From the sequence record LR756501.1: a stretch of DNA of 64,000 nt; one strand, 5' to 3'. The notes below the pieces were generated by a model. It did not search any database, was not told the DNA's origin, and saw only the letters and a list, made by a program, of their open reading frames with translations. Shown here in pieces: positions 49,030 to 56,096 of the stretch (the stretch's first letter is position 1; the number at the start of each line of letters is the position of its first letter). The translations under genes were made by a program, and so were the position numbers.

Positions 49030-49101
49030 AGCCGATGGAGGGATTTGAACCCCCGACAGGTAGTTTACAAAACTACTACTCTACCCCTGAGTTACATCGG
49101 C
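49030..49101 (-). tRNA. tRNA-Thr(TGT)
   Basis: Full cloverleaf, GTAGT-TT-TGT-AA-ACTAC. Confidence 0.93.
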
Positions 49102-49198
49102 ATTTGGCAATAAAGTGTGAGACAATTTGAAGAACCTTGTTGTTTGAACATCTCACTACCTTTATTGCCGGTGGGTATTTTACGTTCAAAGAACTAAT

Positions 49199-49304
49199 TG
49201 GTGAATGAAACGGGGTTTACACCCGCACGTGGAGATTATCAAGTCATTTCTATATCCACGCCAGTCTTGCTTGCCTGGTGCGTCTTTTGTTTCCGCCACT
49301 CATT
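49199..49304 (-). ncRNA. Leu-type tRNA-like RNA with aberrant anticodon loop and very long variable arm
   Basis: GCG-GAAACAAAAGA-CGC D-arm, CCAG/CTGG with 10-nt loop, CGTGGA/TCCACG arm, encoded ACCA. Confidence 0.55.
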
Positions 49305-49306
49305 TG

Positions 49307-49417
49307 AGCCTGCAGTAGGACTTGAACCTACCTTTCTAATCCTTAAAAAACCTCACATCGTGCCTAGGACTTCAGAACCGGTTTAAGATTAGATTTGTCT
49401 GCCACTCGACCTCAGGC
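49307..49417 (-). ncRNA. tRNA-like RNA with greatly extended anticodon hairpin
   Basis: GCCTG/CAGGC acceptor, GTC/GAC D-arm, TCTAATC/GATTAGA enclosing about 45 nt, GTAGG-TTCAAGT-CCTAC. Confidence 0.65.
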
Positions 49418-49422
49418 ATTTG

Positions 49423-49524
49423 TGGACTTGATGAGAATTGAACTCACTTGGGATGCCTCCCTTTTCCTAACCCTGCTCGGACCCCACCGATCAATGCTTT
49501 CGACAACATTACACAAACAAGCCC
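49423..49524 (-). ncRNA. tRNA-like RNA with Ala identity (G3:U70, A73) and no canonical anticodon loop
   Basis: GGGCTTG/CAAGTCC-A, TCGG-TGGGGT-CCGA, GGGA-GGCA-TCCC, normal T-arm. Confidence 0.55.
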
Positions 49525-49533
49525 ATTTTATTG

Positions 49534-49605
49534 TGACCCCAACAGAAATCGAATCTGTATTGTATGTTTAGGAAACATATTTCCTATCCGTTGGAAGATG
49601 GGGCC
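49534..49605 (-). tRNA. tRNA-Arg(CCT)
   Basis: Full cloverleaf, TATGT-TT-CCT-AA-ACATA. Confidence 0.9.
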
Positions 49606-49609
49606 GTAT

Positions 49610-49704
49610 GATATGGCAAGAGACCTTTACTCTGCTTCCCTGGGCAAGCCTTTCGAGCTGCCCCGGGTGGGATTCGAACCCAAATTTAACGATATTGCCA
49701 TATC
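49610..49704 (-). ncRNA. YrlA/Y-RNA-like permuted tRNA mimic
   Basis: 10-bp closing stem GATATGGCAA/TTGCCATATC enclosing T-arm TGGG-TTCGAAT-CCCA, loop-closed acceptor-like stem, D-like hairpin. Confidence 0.65.
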
Positions 49705-49708
49705 TTTG

Positions 49709-49777
49709 TGGATCTTCGGGATTTGAACCCGCCCTTTTGTTTGCGAGACAAACGTGCCTCCCTTACACTTTAGACCC
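49709..49777 (-). tRNA. tRNA-Ala(CGC), slightly degenerate
   Basis: G3:U70, TTTGT-CT-CGC-AA-ACAAA. Confidence 0.75.
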
Positions 49778-49845
49778 ATATTTTATGAGTCCTTGGCATC
49801 CCTTCTTTTATCTCGAGAACTAAAGAAAGGCACTTCCGGACCCTG

Positions 49846-50010
49846 TGGAGTAAGTGGGATTCGAACCCACACCGCTGAAGACTAGTAACTCGCTTCCCTT
49901 GCTCATTCTTTTTTCACCACCTCAACATAAGGTCGCTATAGGTGCATCCGCAATTCGTCATTCAATCAGGTTATCGTTGCCTGTACAGACCGCCACTCTG
50001 TTGTTACCCC
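49846..50010 (-). ncRNA. 165-nt Ala-acceptor RNA, possible mini-tmRNA
   Basis: GGGGTAA/TTACTCC-A (G3:U70), T-arm GTGGG-TTCGAAT-CCCAC, about 130-nt insert containing GGC AAC GAT AAC CTG ATT GAA TGA. Confidence 0.5.
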
Positions 50011-50016
50011 AATTTG

Positions 50017-50103
50017 TCTAAGTGAGAGGACTCGAACCTCCAGAGTTATATTAACACTCGCTTCCAAGGCGAGATCGCTATCCAATTACGGGCTTACACC
50101 TAG
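50017..50103 (-). tRNA. tRNA-Pro(TGG) with long variable arm
   Basis: CTAGGTG/CACTTAG-A (C1-G72, A73), CTCGC-CT-TGG-AA-GCGAG, GTTA-ATA-TAAC arm. Confidence 0.82.
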
Positions 50104-50109
50104 ATATAG

Positions 50110-50183
50110 TGACCCTAGAAGGATTCAAACCTTCAGCCTCTTGATTCGTAGTCAAGTGCGCTATTCAGTTGCGCCATAGGGCC
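50110..50183 (-). tRNA. tRNA-Arg(ACG)
   Basis: Full cloverleaf, CTTGA-CT-ACG-AA-TCAAG. Confidence 0.93.
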
Positions 50184-50189
50184 AATTTG

Positions 50190-50262
50190 TGCCCCCGAAA
50201 GGATTTGAACCTTTATCGCAGATTCCGAAGATCTGAATTCTCTTCCGTTGAACTACGGAGGC
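50190..50262 (-). tRNA. tRNA-Arg(TCG)
   Basis: Full cloverleaf, CAGAT-CT-TCG-GA-ATCTG. Confidence 0.92.
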
Positions 50263-50279
50263 TATGGCTTTATTTCAAG

Positions 50280-50291
50280 ATGTCAAAGAAC
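50280..50291 (-). promoter_or_regulatory. rrn-type boxA antitermination site (second copy 49184-49194)
   Basis: GTTCTTTGACAT 18 nt before the first tRNA; GTTCTTTGAAC mid-array. Confidence 0.6.
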
Positions 50292-50324
50292 TAAAAATAT
50301 TTGAAAAGAACAAAAAACCCTTAT

Positions 50325-50359
50325 AAAACAAAACACCCAAAAACTTTCGCCTTTGGGTG
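50325..50359 (-). terminator. attenuator terminator of the tRNA operon leader
   Basis: CACCCAAA-GGCGAAAGTT-TTTGGGTG followed by TTTTGTTTT. Confidence 0.8.
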
Positions 50360-50407
50360 TGGGTGCCAGTCTAAATTTTCTGGCTTATGTTGAGGTATAA
50401 GGGGGCT

Positions 50408-50536
50408 TTATCCATTCATACCTTCAAACCCACACCCTGCTGGCACACATGTGCCGGTGCCTGTTCCCGTGCCGCGTCTAAACGCTACTGCGGGGGCTGG
50501 TGTAAATTTTACAGATATGTTTGAATTGAATAACAT
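50408..50536 (-). CDS. 42-aa attenuator leader peptide (not in ORF track)
   Basis: AGGAG SD; MLFNSNISVKFTPAPAVAFRRGTGTGTGTCVPAGCGFEGMNG; codons 34-37 (GGGTGTGGGT) are the exact complement of the terminator 5' side (ACCCACACCC). Confidence 0.8.
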   Translation of the reverse strand: MLFNSNISVKFTPAPAVAFRRGTGTGTGTCVPAGCGFEGMNG

Positions 50537-50665
50537 ATTAATTTTCTCCTTTTTGTTTAGTTATATATTCATGGAAAAAAGTCATTTTTTTCCATTTTTA
50601 ATTTGTATTACAAATTTACGCTAAAGTTTGCGATTAAAAAAATTATTTGATGATTATTTTTAAAA

Positions 50666-51076
50666 TTACCTTGTATATTTCATATCCCACTCCCCATCAT
50701 CCAACCAAAGAGTGATCAATTCTTCGTGTCCTGTAAAAGTTACTGATCCTCTTTTTGCATTAAGTTGATAACCACCTGGTTCGTAAATCGAAATAAGAAA
50801 TGCTACTTCTCCGTCCTTATATATTGTATAACCAAATTCGTACGCGTATTTCTGATCATCCTTTTTTATATAAGTATCACAGATGAAATATTCATTTCCA
50901 TTAAATTCAAATGTATCACCGTGTTTGAGATCTTTAGCTGCTTGATATGTGCCGTTATAATGATCATCATCAACTTCCATATTAACAAATACAACACCCT
51001 TGTCTTTAATTTCATCTAACGTGAAATTAACTTTACGATTTTCAGTCATTTCGCTAACCTTTAATATTTTTGCCAT
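50666..51076 (-). CDS. hypothetical protein
   Basis: 136-aa ORF. Confidence 0.55.
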   Translation of the reverse strand: MAKILKVSEMTENRKVNFTLDEIKDKGVVFVNMEVDDDHYNGTYQAAKDLKHGDTFEFNGNEYFICDTYIKKDDQKYAYEFGYTIYKDGEVAFLISIYEPGGYQLNAKRGSVTFTGHEELITLWLDDGEWDMKYTR

Positions 51077-51162
51077 ATTTTTATGTTTTTATGTTTATAT
51101 ATTACAAAAATAAACATAATTTTCGAAATAAAAAATTAATATATAAAGAAAAAACTATTTCA

Positions 51163-51981
51163 ATGAGAGTATTAAAATTCAACGAGTACGATAAAATAAA
51201 CGAAGAAGAAGGTTGGAAAACTAACATTCTTGTGGGTTTATTATCTGTGTTAGGTGTACAAGCCATGGGACACAACGTCAAAGACGATAGACATTTAACT
51301 GCACATACACACCTTGAAAATACAGCAAAAAGTTATATTAAACAAGGATGGAATCTTGATTCTACACAAGTAGAAACAATTTTTAGTAAAGTTAAAGTCG
51401 AAAAACCAGATACTATGATAATGGTAAAAAGACTAAAAATTGATAAAAATCAATATTTTGAATCAGGTAAATTCTCTCTCAATCAAATAGTTAAAGATAG
51501 CATCAGTAGTACTATGAATGAAATAGCTGATAGTACTGGTGTGATAACAAATATAGAAATAACATCATCAACAGATAAACAAGGTCTTTCTACAAACTTA
51601 CAAAAACTATTAAAAGACCTCGGATATACACCTGATAACCAAGGTCTTTCAAAAGCAAGAGCTGCTGGTATTAAAGGATATTTAAAGAGTTTAGGTGTAG
51701 ATGAGTCTTTGATAAGTACACAAGAAAAATTTGAGCAAGGTGATAATGAAATTGATCAATCTGCCAGATTTGTTAGTGTTGATATATATTATATGATAAC
51801 ATCTAAACCTTTACCACCAGAGGATATACCAACTACAACTACAAAAAAGACTTTTTACTTATCAAAAGACGTGAGTTATAAACACCAACATATTAGAGGT
51901 AAATTCAAAGAAACGAAGAAATTAGGACCTATTAAAAGTTTTAGTAATATTAAAGCTTATAAATGTTCGTCATTTAAGTAA
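51163..51981 (+). CDS. exported protein with OmpA-C-like domain
   Basis: Hydrophobic segment then FESGKFSL...STDKQ...NQGLSKARA..IK.YL...ARFV; start moved to MRVLKF. Confidence 0.55.
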   Translation: MRVLKFNEYDKINEEEGWKTNILVGLLSVLGVQAMGHNVKDDRHLTAHTHLENTAKSYIKQGWNLDSTQVETIFSKVKVEKPDTMIMVKRLKIDKNQYFESGKFSLNQIVKDSISSTMNEIADSTGVITNIEITSSTDKQGLSTNLQKLLKDLGYTPDNQGLSKARAAGIKGYLKSLGVDESLISTQEKFEQGDNEIDQSARFVSVDIYYMITSKPLPPEDIPTTTTKKTFYLSKDVSYKHQHIRGKFKETKKLGPIKSFSNIKAYKCSSFK

Positions 51982-52509
51982 CTTCTTTTCTACTAAACAG
52001 AAAGTGGAAATAACAATATGATCTTTAATAAGAGTACATCCCCCACCGTAATTTGACTCTGGTGATAATATAGCTTTGTTGTGTCCTTCCGAACTTTTCC
52101 AACAATCTAAGATGAATGTAGCCAATTTATCGTATTCTTCGTTTTTTAAAGTGTAAGTACTGAACATTAAAACTTCTAAAGTCCAATCCTTTTTGTTTCC
52201 ACCGTAATAAACATACCTATCGTCAGAATTTCTAAAGATAGAAGAATCTTCACCGTGTCCAATAGTTCCTTTGTTCTTTAAAGTTGACTCTGAATATAAA
52301 TCGTGATGTTTTGATTCTTTGTAGGCGATAGAATCCCATTTAAGTTCCTTTAAGTTTTTAGAAACTCTGTACTCGTTGATTTTAACAAATAAGATGGAAT
52401 CTAATTTAGATACAAATCTACTATCTCCGTTAAATAACATAGGAAATTTATCTACTCTTTGGGCAAGAGAAGACATTGAAATCAAAAGAAATAGGATTAA
52501 AAATCTCAT
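51970..52509 (-). CDS. exported CAP/SCP domain protein
   Basis: Signal peptide; INEYRVSKNLKEL, H, WKSSEGHNKAIL. Confidence 0.8.
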   Translation of the reverse strand: MRFLILFLLISMSSLAQRVDKFPMLFNGDSRFVSKLDSILFVKINEYRVSKNLKELKWDSIAYKESKHHDLYSESTLKNKGTIGHGEDSSIFRNSDDRYVYYGGNKKDWTLEVLMFSTYTLKNEEYDKLATFILDCWKSSEGHNKAILSPESNYGGGCTLIKDHIVISTFCLVEKKLLK

Positions 52510-52561
52510 GACTATTTTATATTACAAAACGAATATAATAATTTTTTCTGTAATAAAAAAA

Positions 52562-52900
52562 TTAAAATACCCAATGTTCTACTTTATGATCATGCTCGGC
52601 ACATTCACCGTCTTCACTACGTTTAGTCATGTCCAAACATATTTCACACCACGCTACTTTACCACTCTTCACATCTAATTCTAATTGAGTAGGTGGAAAG
52701 TATTTATCTCTCAGATCTTTATACAGTTCTGGTAAAGAGTCTTTGATTGATTCAGCGTAGACTCTTATGGCTTTTTTACTGGCACGAACATGATTAGGCT
52801 CACCCCATTCGTCCAATCTGAGTACAAAGTACTCAGATTGAGGATCGAGAGGTTCACCATTTGTCTTTTGTAAATTATATTTCTGGTATAATCCTGGCAT
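52562..52900 (-). CDS. hypothetical protein
   Basis: GLYQKY...YFVLRLD...A..A...YA motif seen in phage proteins. Confidence 0.6.
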   Translation of the reverse strand: MPGLYQKYNLQKTNGEPLDPQSEYFVLRLDEWGEPNHVRASKKAIRVYAESIKDSLPELYKDLRDKYFPPTQLELDVKSGKVAWCEICLDMTKRSEDGECAEHDHKVEHWVF

Positions 52901-52901
52901 C

Positions 52902-53255
52902 TTATTCAGATTTTAAAGTGAGTTTATAACCTTTGCCTTTTTTCTTGGCTGAGAATTTCTTTGATTTCTTAACTTTGAATTTCTTTGCTAATCCAGCGAT
53001 TGAGAGTATATCACCTTTACGTGGTTTAGATTTAGGACCAAAGAGAGCTTTGAAATCGTCTTTGTTAACTGCAATCTTCATTTCATTAAGTTCTTCAGCG
53101 ATAGAGATTTCATTCACAAGAACATTGATTTTGTATTCAGTTGGAGTAACAGAAACCTGATCAACGTGTTCGGATAATGTTTCAACTTTTTCAACTTCTA
53201 CTTCTTCTGGTTTAATCGTGTAAACCGCTTCTTTTATTGAGTACAACTTTTTCAT
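52902..53255 (-). CDS. hypothetical protein
   Basis: 117-aa ORF. Confidence 0.55.
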   Translation of the reverse strand: MKKLYSIKEAVYTIKPEEVEVEKVETLSEHVDQVSVTPTEYKINVLVNEISIAEELNEMKIAVNKDDFKALFGPKSKPRKGDILSIAGLAKKFKVKKSKKFSAKKKGKGYKLTLKSE

Positions 53256-53299
53256 AATTTTTTGTTTTAATGTTTATATTTATATTAAAATTTTAACAA

Positions 53300-53593
53300 T
53301 TAGTTTTCAACTATTCCACTTTTTTCGAAATCTTCACTAAATATCTCATATTCAGAGTTCATAGTTTCAACTATAATACTTTTCTTATGGGTCAACCCGT
53401 TTTTCATTTTACCAAATCTCATAGATTGGATTTTGGTTGTACCGAATATGGGTAATCCATTTTCGTCTAATACATTAAGATTTTTTCCTAAAGTTGGTGA
53501 TTTGAGTATATAACCATATATCATTCTATCCTTGTGCCAATATCCCTTATCAACGTGAACAGAATTATTTATTCTTACTGCTACTTTTTCCAT
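53300..53593 (-). CDS. hypothetical protein
   Basis: 97-aa ORF. Confidence 0.55.
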   Translation of the reverse strand: MEKVAVRINNSVHVDKGYWHKDRMIYGYILKSPTLGKNLNVLDENGLPIFGTTKIQSMRFGKMKNGLTHKKSIIVETMNSEYEIFSEDFEKSGIVEN

Positions 53594-53595
53594 TA

Positions 53596-53904
53596 TTAAC
53601 GATTTAACCTTATTAATTTATCTTCTTTCATGGCCTTACGTATCCAACGCATAAGAGTAACAGCCTTGTATTCTACTTGAATATAAGTATCTTTCCACTC
53701 GTTCACGTCAGTGCAATCAATTGGTAATTGATATAAAGCACCGTCAACATCTATATTGTAATAGATTATTCCGTTACATATATGACTAATTTTAGCAGTA
53801 CCTTTAACGATATCTACCAAAGAATGTTCTCCACTCTTTTCTTCTACTTTTTTACTAGATGAAAAATACGTTCCTCTTCTAGCTTCAGTTATTCCATCCG
53901 ACAT
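53596..53904 (-). CDS. hypothetical protein
   Basis: Start moved to MSDGIT because the upstream 'MGDFGPPFF' is the terminator sequence. Confidence 0.6.
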   Translation of the reverse strand: MSDGITEARRGTYFSSSKKVEEKSGEHSLVDIVKGTAKISHICNGIIYYNIDVDGALYQLPIDCTDVNEWKDTYIQVEYKAVTLMRWIRKAMKEDKLIRLNR

Positions 53905-53922
53905 ATATTTCGATTTTTTTAT

Positions 53923-53946
53923 AAAAAACGGGGGACCGAAGTCCCC
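53923..53946 (-). terminator. intrinsic terminator
   Basis: GGGGAC-TTCG-GTCCCC-CGTTTTTT. Confidence 0.85.
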
Positions 53947-53955
53947 CATTTCGAT

Positions 53956-54603
53956 TTACCTCTTATCAGCGTCTTTGTACTCTTGATTTAAATCAATTGA
54001 ATCAATCTCAGCCTTACTCTTAGACATTCTAAATTTAGTGGCGTAATTGCTAGCAGCCATATAAGCTGTGTTAACACCCCTCGCGTCAGCTTCCCAAGTT
54101 ACTGTGTTAAACTTATTAAGTCCAATCTTTCCACCTTCTTCCATAGCATCTTGATTAGCACCAAGATAGATGAAGTTCCAACCTTTCTTTTCGCGTTTGG
54201 AAATCATTTCAAAAACCTGAGCTCTGTTAAATTCAGTGCTTCTATTTTCTTTACCGTCAGTAACGATAACGAATAGAACTTTACCAGGTCTCATTTCTTC
54301 GGGAAGGGCTTTAATTTTAGCTTTTACTTCCTTAATGGTTAGACCCATGGCGTCGTAAAGACGAGTGTAAGTTTTTGGGATGTAGTTGTTTGCGTCGAGT
54401 AACGGAGTATCGTGAATTGATACATTTTCGTAAACTCTTTCAATTTTTGTGTTGAATTTCACAAGGGTGCAATTTGCTTCCCCTTCTACTTTTCTTTGTT
54501 CTCTTACAAATTCATTGCGAGCACCGATTGTGTCGCTTTTAATGTCGTTCATTGATCCTGATTCGTCCAATACTTCGACAATCCATGTTAGATTCTCATT
54601 CAT
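53956..54603 (-). CDS. stand-alone vWA domain protein
   Basis: VLDESGSM MIDAS, T.LYDAMG, VIVTDG.EN.S.EF, FIYLGANQDA. Confidence 0.88.
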   Translation of the reverse strand: MNENLTWIVEVLDESGSMNDIKSDTIGARNEFVREQRKVEGEANCTLVKFNTKIERVYENVSIHDTPLLDANNYIPKTYTRLYDAMGLTIKEVKAKIKALPEEMRPGKVLFVIVTDGKENRSTEFNRAQVFEMISKREKKGWNFIYLGANQDAMEEGGKIGLNKFNTVTWEADARGVNTAYMAASNYATKFRMSKSKAEIDSIDLNQEYKDADKR

Positions 54604-54740
54604 AGTTTCCTCCTTTTTTAATTTTTTATTTTTGTGTTACTAATTTCTTCATTGTTCTTCACAATTCTAAAGTGATAATCACTCGAAATTAATATCGACC
54701 AAAAGTAACCTTATATATTAATAACTTATTGGTCAAATGT

Positions 54741-55331
54741 TTAATTTTTATTTAAATACCTTTTTATTTTATATAATGTGGTTGGTGTTAATCCCACGTA
54801 ATTATCTGTTTGAAAAAAATGTTGTACTTGATCCAACAACATATCTGAGTCATCGTCTATAATTACATAGTTATCATATTTATTTACCTTAAGCCAATCT
54901 TCAATTTCCTCACCTCTTAAACGCTTCCTATCACCAGTAATACCAACAAAGACATCGTCTTCGAATCCTAATAAGGCGAAAGCTTTTTTCCACCATTCTT
55001 CGTTTTTATAACCAAAATGATGTTTCCAACAAGATGAAATACAAATCTTTGAATCTGTTTCCTTTACCAATTCAATAATCCATCCCCATCTAATTGGATC
55101 AGTTTCTTCTTTTAATCTGTTGAATTTATATTGAAATGTTTGACTTCTCTTAGGTGGTTTATAATTAGCCAATGAAACTGATTTATATTTAAATCCGTTA
55201 AAAACCCACTTCACTTTTGATTTAATCCACCAATAGTAAGTAGAGGGTTTAAGCCATCTTTTCTTATGTCTTTCCCTGTAAAATAACTCAGAGTTTAATA
55301 CTCCATCTATGTCTAGAAATATTACGTTCAT
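54741..55331 (-). CDS. HAD phosphatase, Swiss-Army-Knife RNA-repair-like family
   Basis: IFLDIDGVLN, ICISSCWK, RGEEI..WL, YVIIDDDSDML. Confidence 0.85.
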   Translation of the reverse strand: MNVIFLDIDGVLNSELFYRERHKKRWLKPSTYYWWIKSKVKWVFNGFKYKSVSLANYKPPKRSQTFQYKFNRLKEETDPIRWGWIIELVKETDSKICISSCWKHHFGYKNEEWWKKAFALLGFEDDVFVGITGDRKRLRGEEIEDWLKVNKYDNYVIIDDDSDMLLDQVQHFFQTDNYVGLTPTTLYKIKRYLNKN

Positions 55332-55334
55332 AAA

Positions 55335-56096
55335 TTAATTTTTAATCCAACTACTTGATAATGTTAAACATTGTTCTACTTTAAATAAATCAAACAGCTT
55401 GTCGTTCACTGACCTAACATGAGTTTCCATATCAATCCAAGTTTCAATATTACTTGTTTTAGCGTCAATAAGTTTTATCTGATCTTCTATATTATTTGGA
55501 GAAATTCCACCAGCGTATCCGCATTTGATTCCCTTCAAAGGATCTGGCCATTCATTTGGTAAAATACCAACTCCACCCGATGTATCAAATAAGGCAGAAC
55601 AATTAACACCAGCATCGTGTGCTAGCTGAACAATTCTGTTATTCACATCATCATATTGGAAAATGAATTCTTTTTCAGGATATTTTAAAAGTAAATCTAT
55701 CATTGCATTTACATTAAAATCGTGCGTCATTGCGTGAAAATTGATTTGAACTCTATCAAATATATTCCACACATCTTTCAAATCCTGCATTGCAATATCC
55801 TTACCTTGGGACAATTCTCTAACGTAGAATCCACATAAATGACAGGATAATTTTAAATCATATTCCCTTTTAACATCCGCCAACTCTTTTATCCAACTAA
55901 GTCTTGGATATCTAGGCACACCGAAATTCTTCCTTGATACAAGAATACCCCATTCAACAAATGGATATTTCATACTCAATGGTACTAATTGTTTCACATC
56001 TATGCTGTTATCAGCACCTGTAATTGTAACTACTTTTATCATAAATTCATATTTAAAAACATACCTGTAAAAAATGCTACTAACCACAAAGCCCAA
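55335..56096 (-). CDS. TIM-barrel protein (PRAI-like, phage type)
   Basis: VTITGAD, FVEWGIL, RVQINFH, LFDTSGGVG, GYAGGI.P.N, WIDMET.VR. Confidence 0.7.
   Translation of the reverse strand: MGFVVSSIFYRYVFKYEFMIKVVTITGADNSIDVKQLVPLSMKYPFVEWGILVSRKNFGVPRYPRLSWIKELADVKREYDLKLSCHLCGFYVRELSQGKDIAMQDLKDVWNIFDRVQINFHAMTHDFNVNAMIDLLLKYPEKEFIFQYDDVNNRIVQLAHDAGVNCSALFDTSGGVGILPNEWPDPLKGIKCGYAGGISPNNIEDQIKLIDAKTSNIETWIDMETHVRSVNDKLFDLFKVEQCLTLSSSWIKN

Noticed and set aside
46188-49823. ORF-track calls overlapping the tRNA array (46188..46373, 48513..48743, 48740..48955, 49198..49386, 49448..49726, 49608..49823)
   Set aside because: They are shadow frames of GC-rich tRNA and ncRNA genes, with no SD or protein motifs.
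49825-49845. SRP RNA, from CAGGGTCCGGAAG resembling the SRP domain IV motif
   Set aside because: The following GAAGCAGC element and symmetric loop are absent; only an orphan hairpin is supported.
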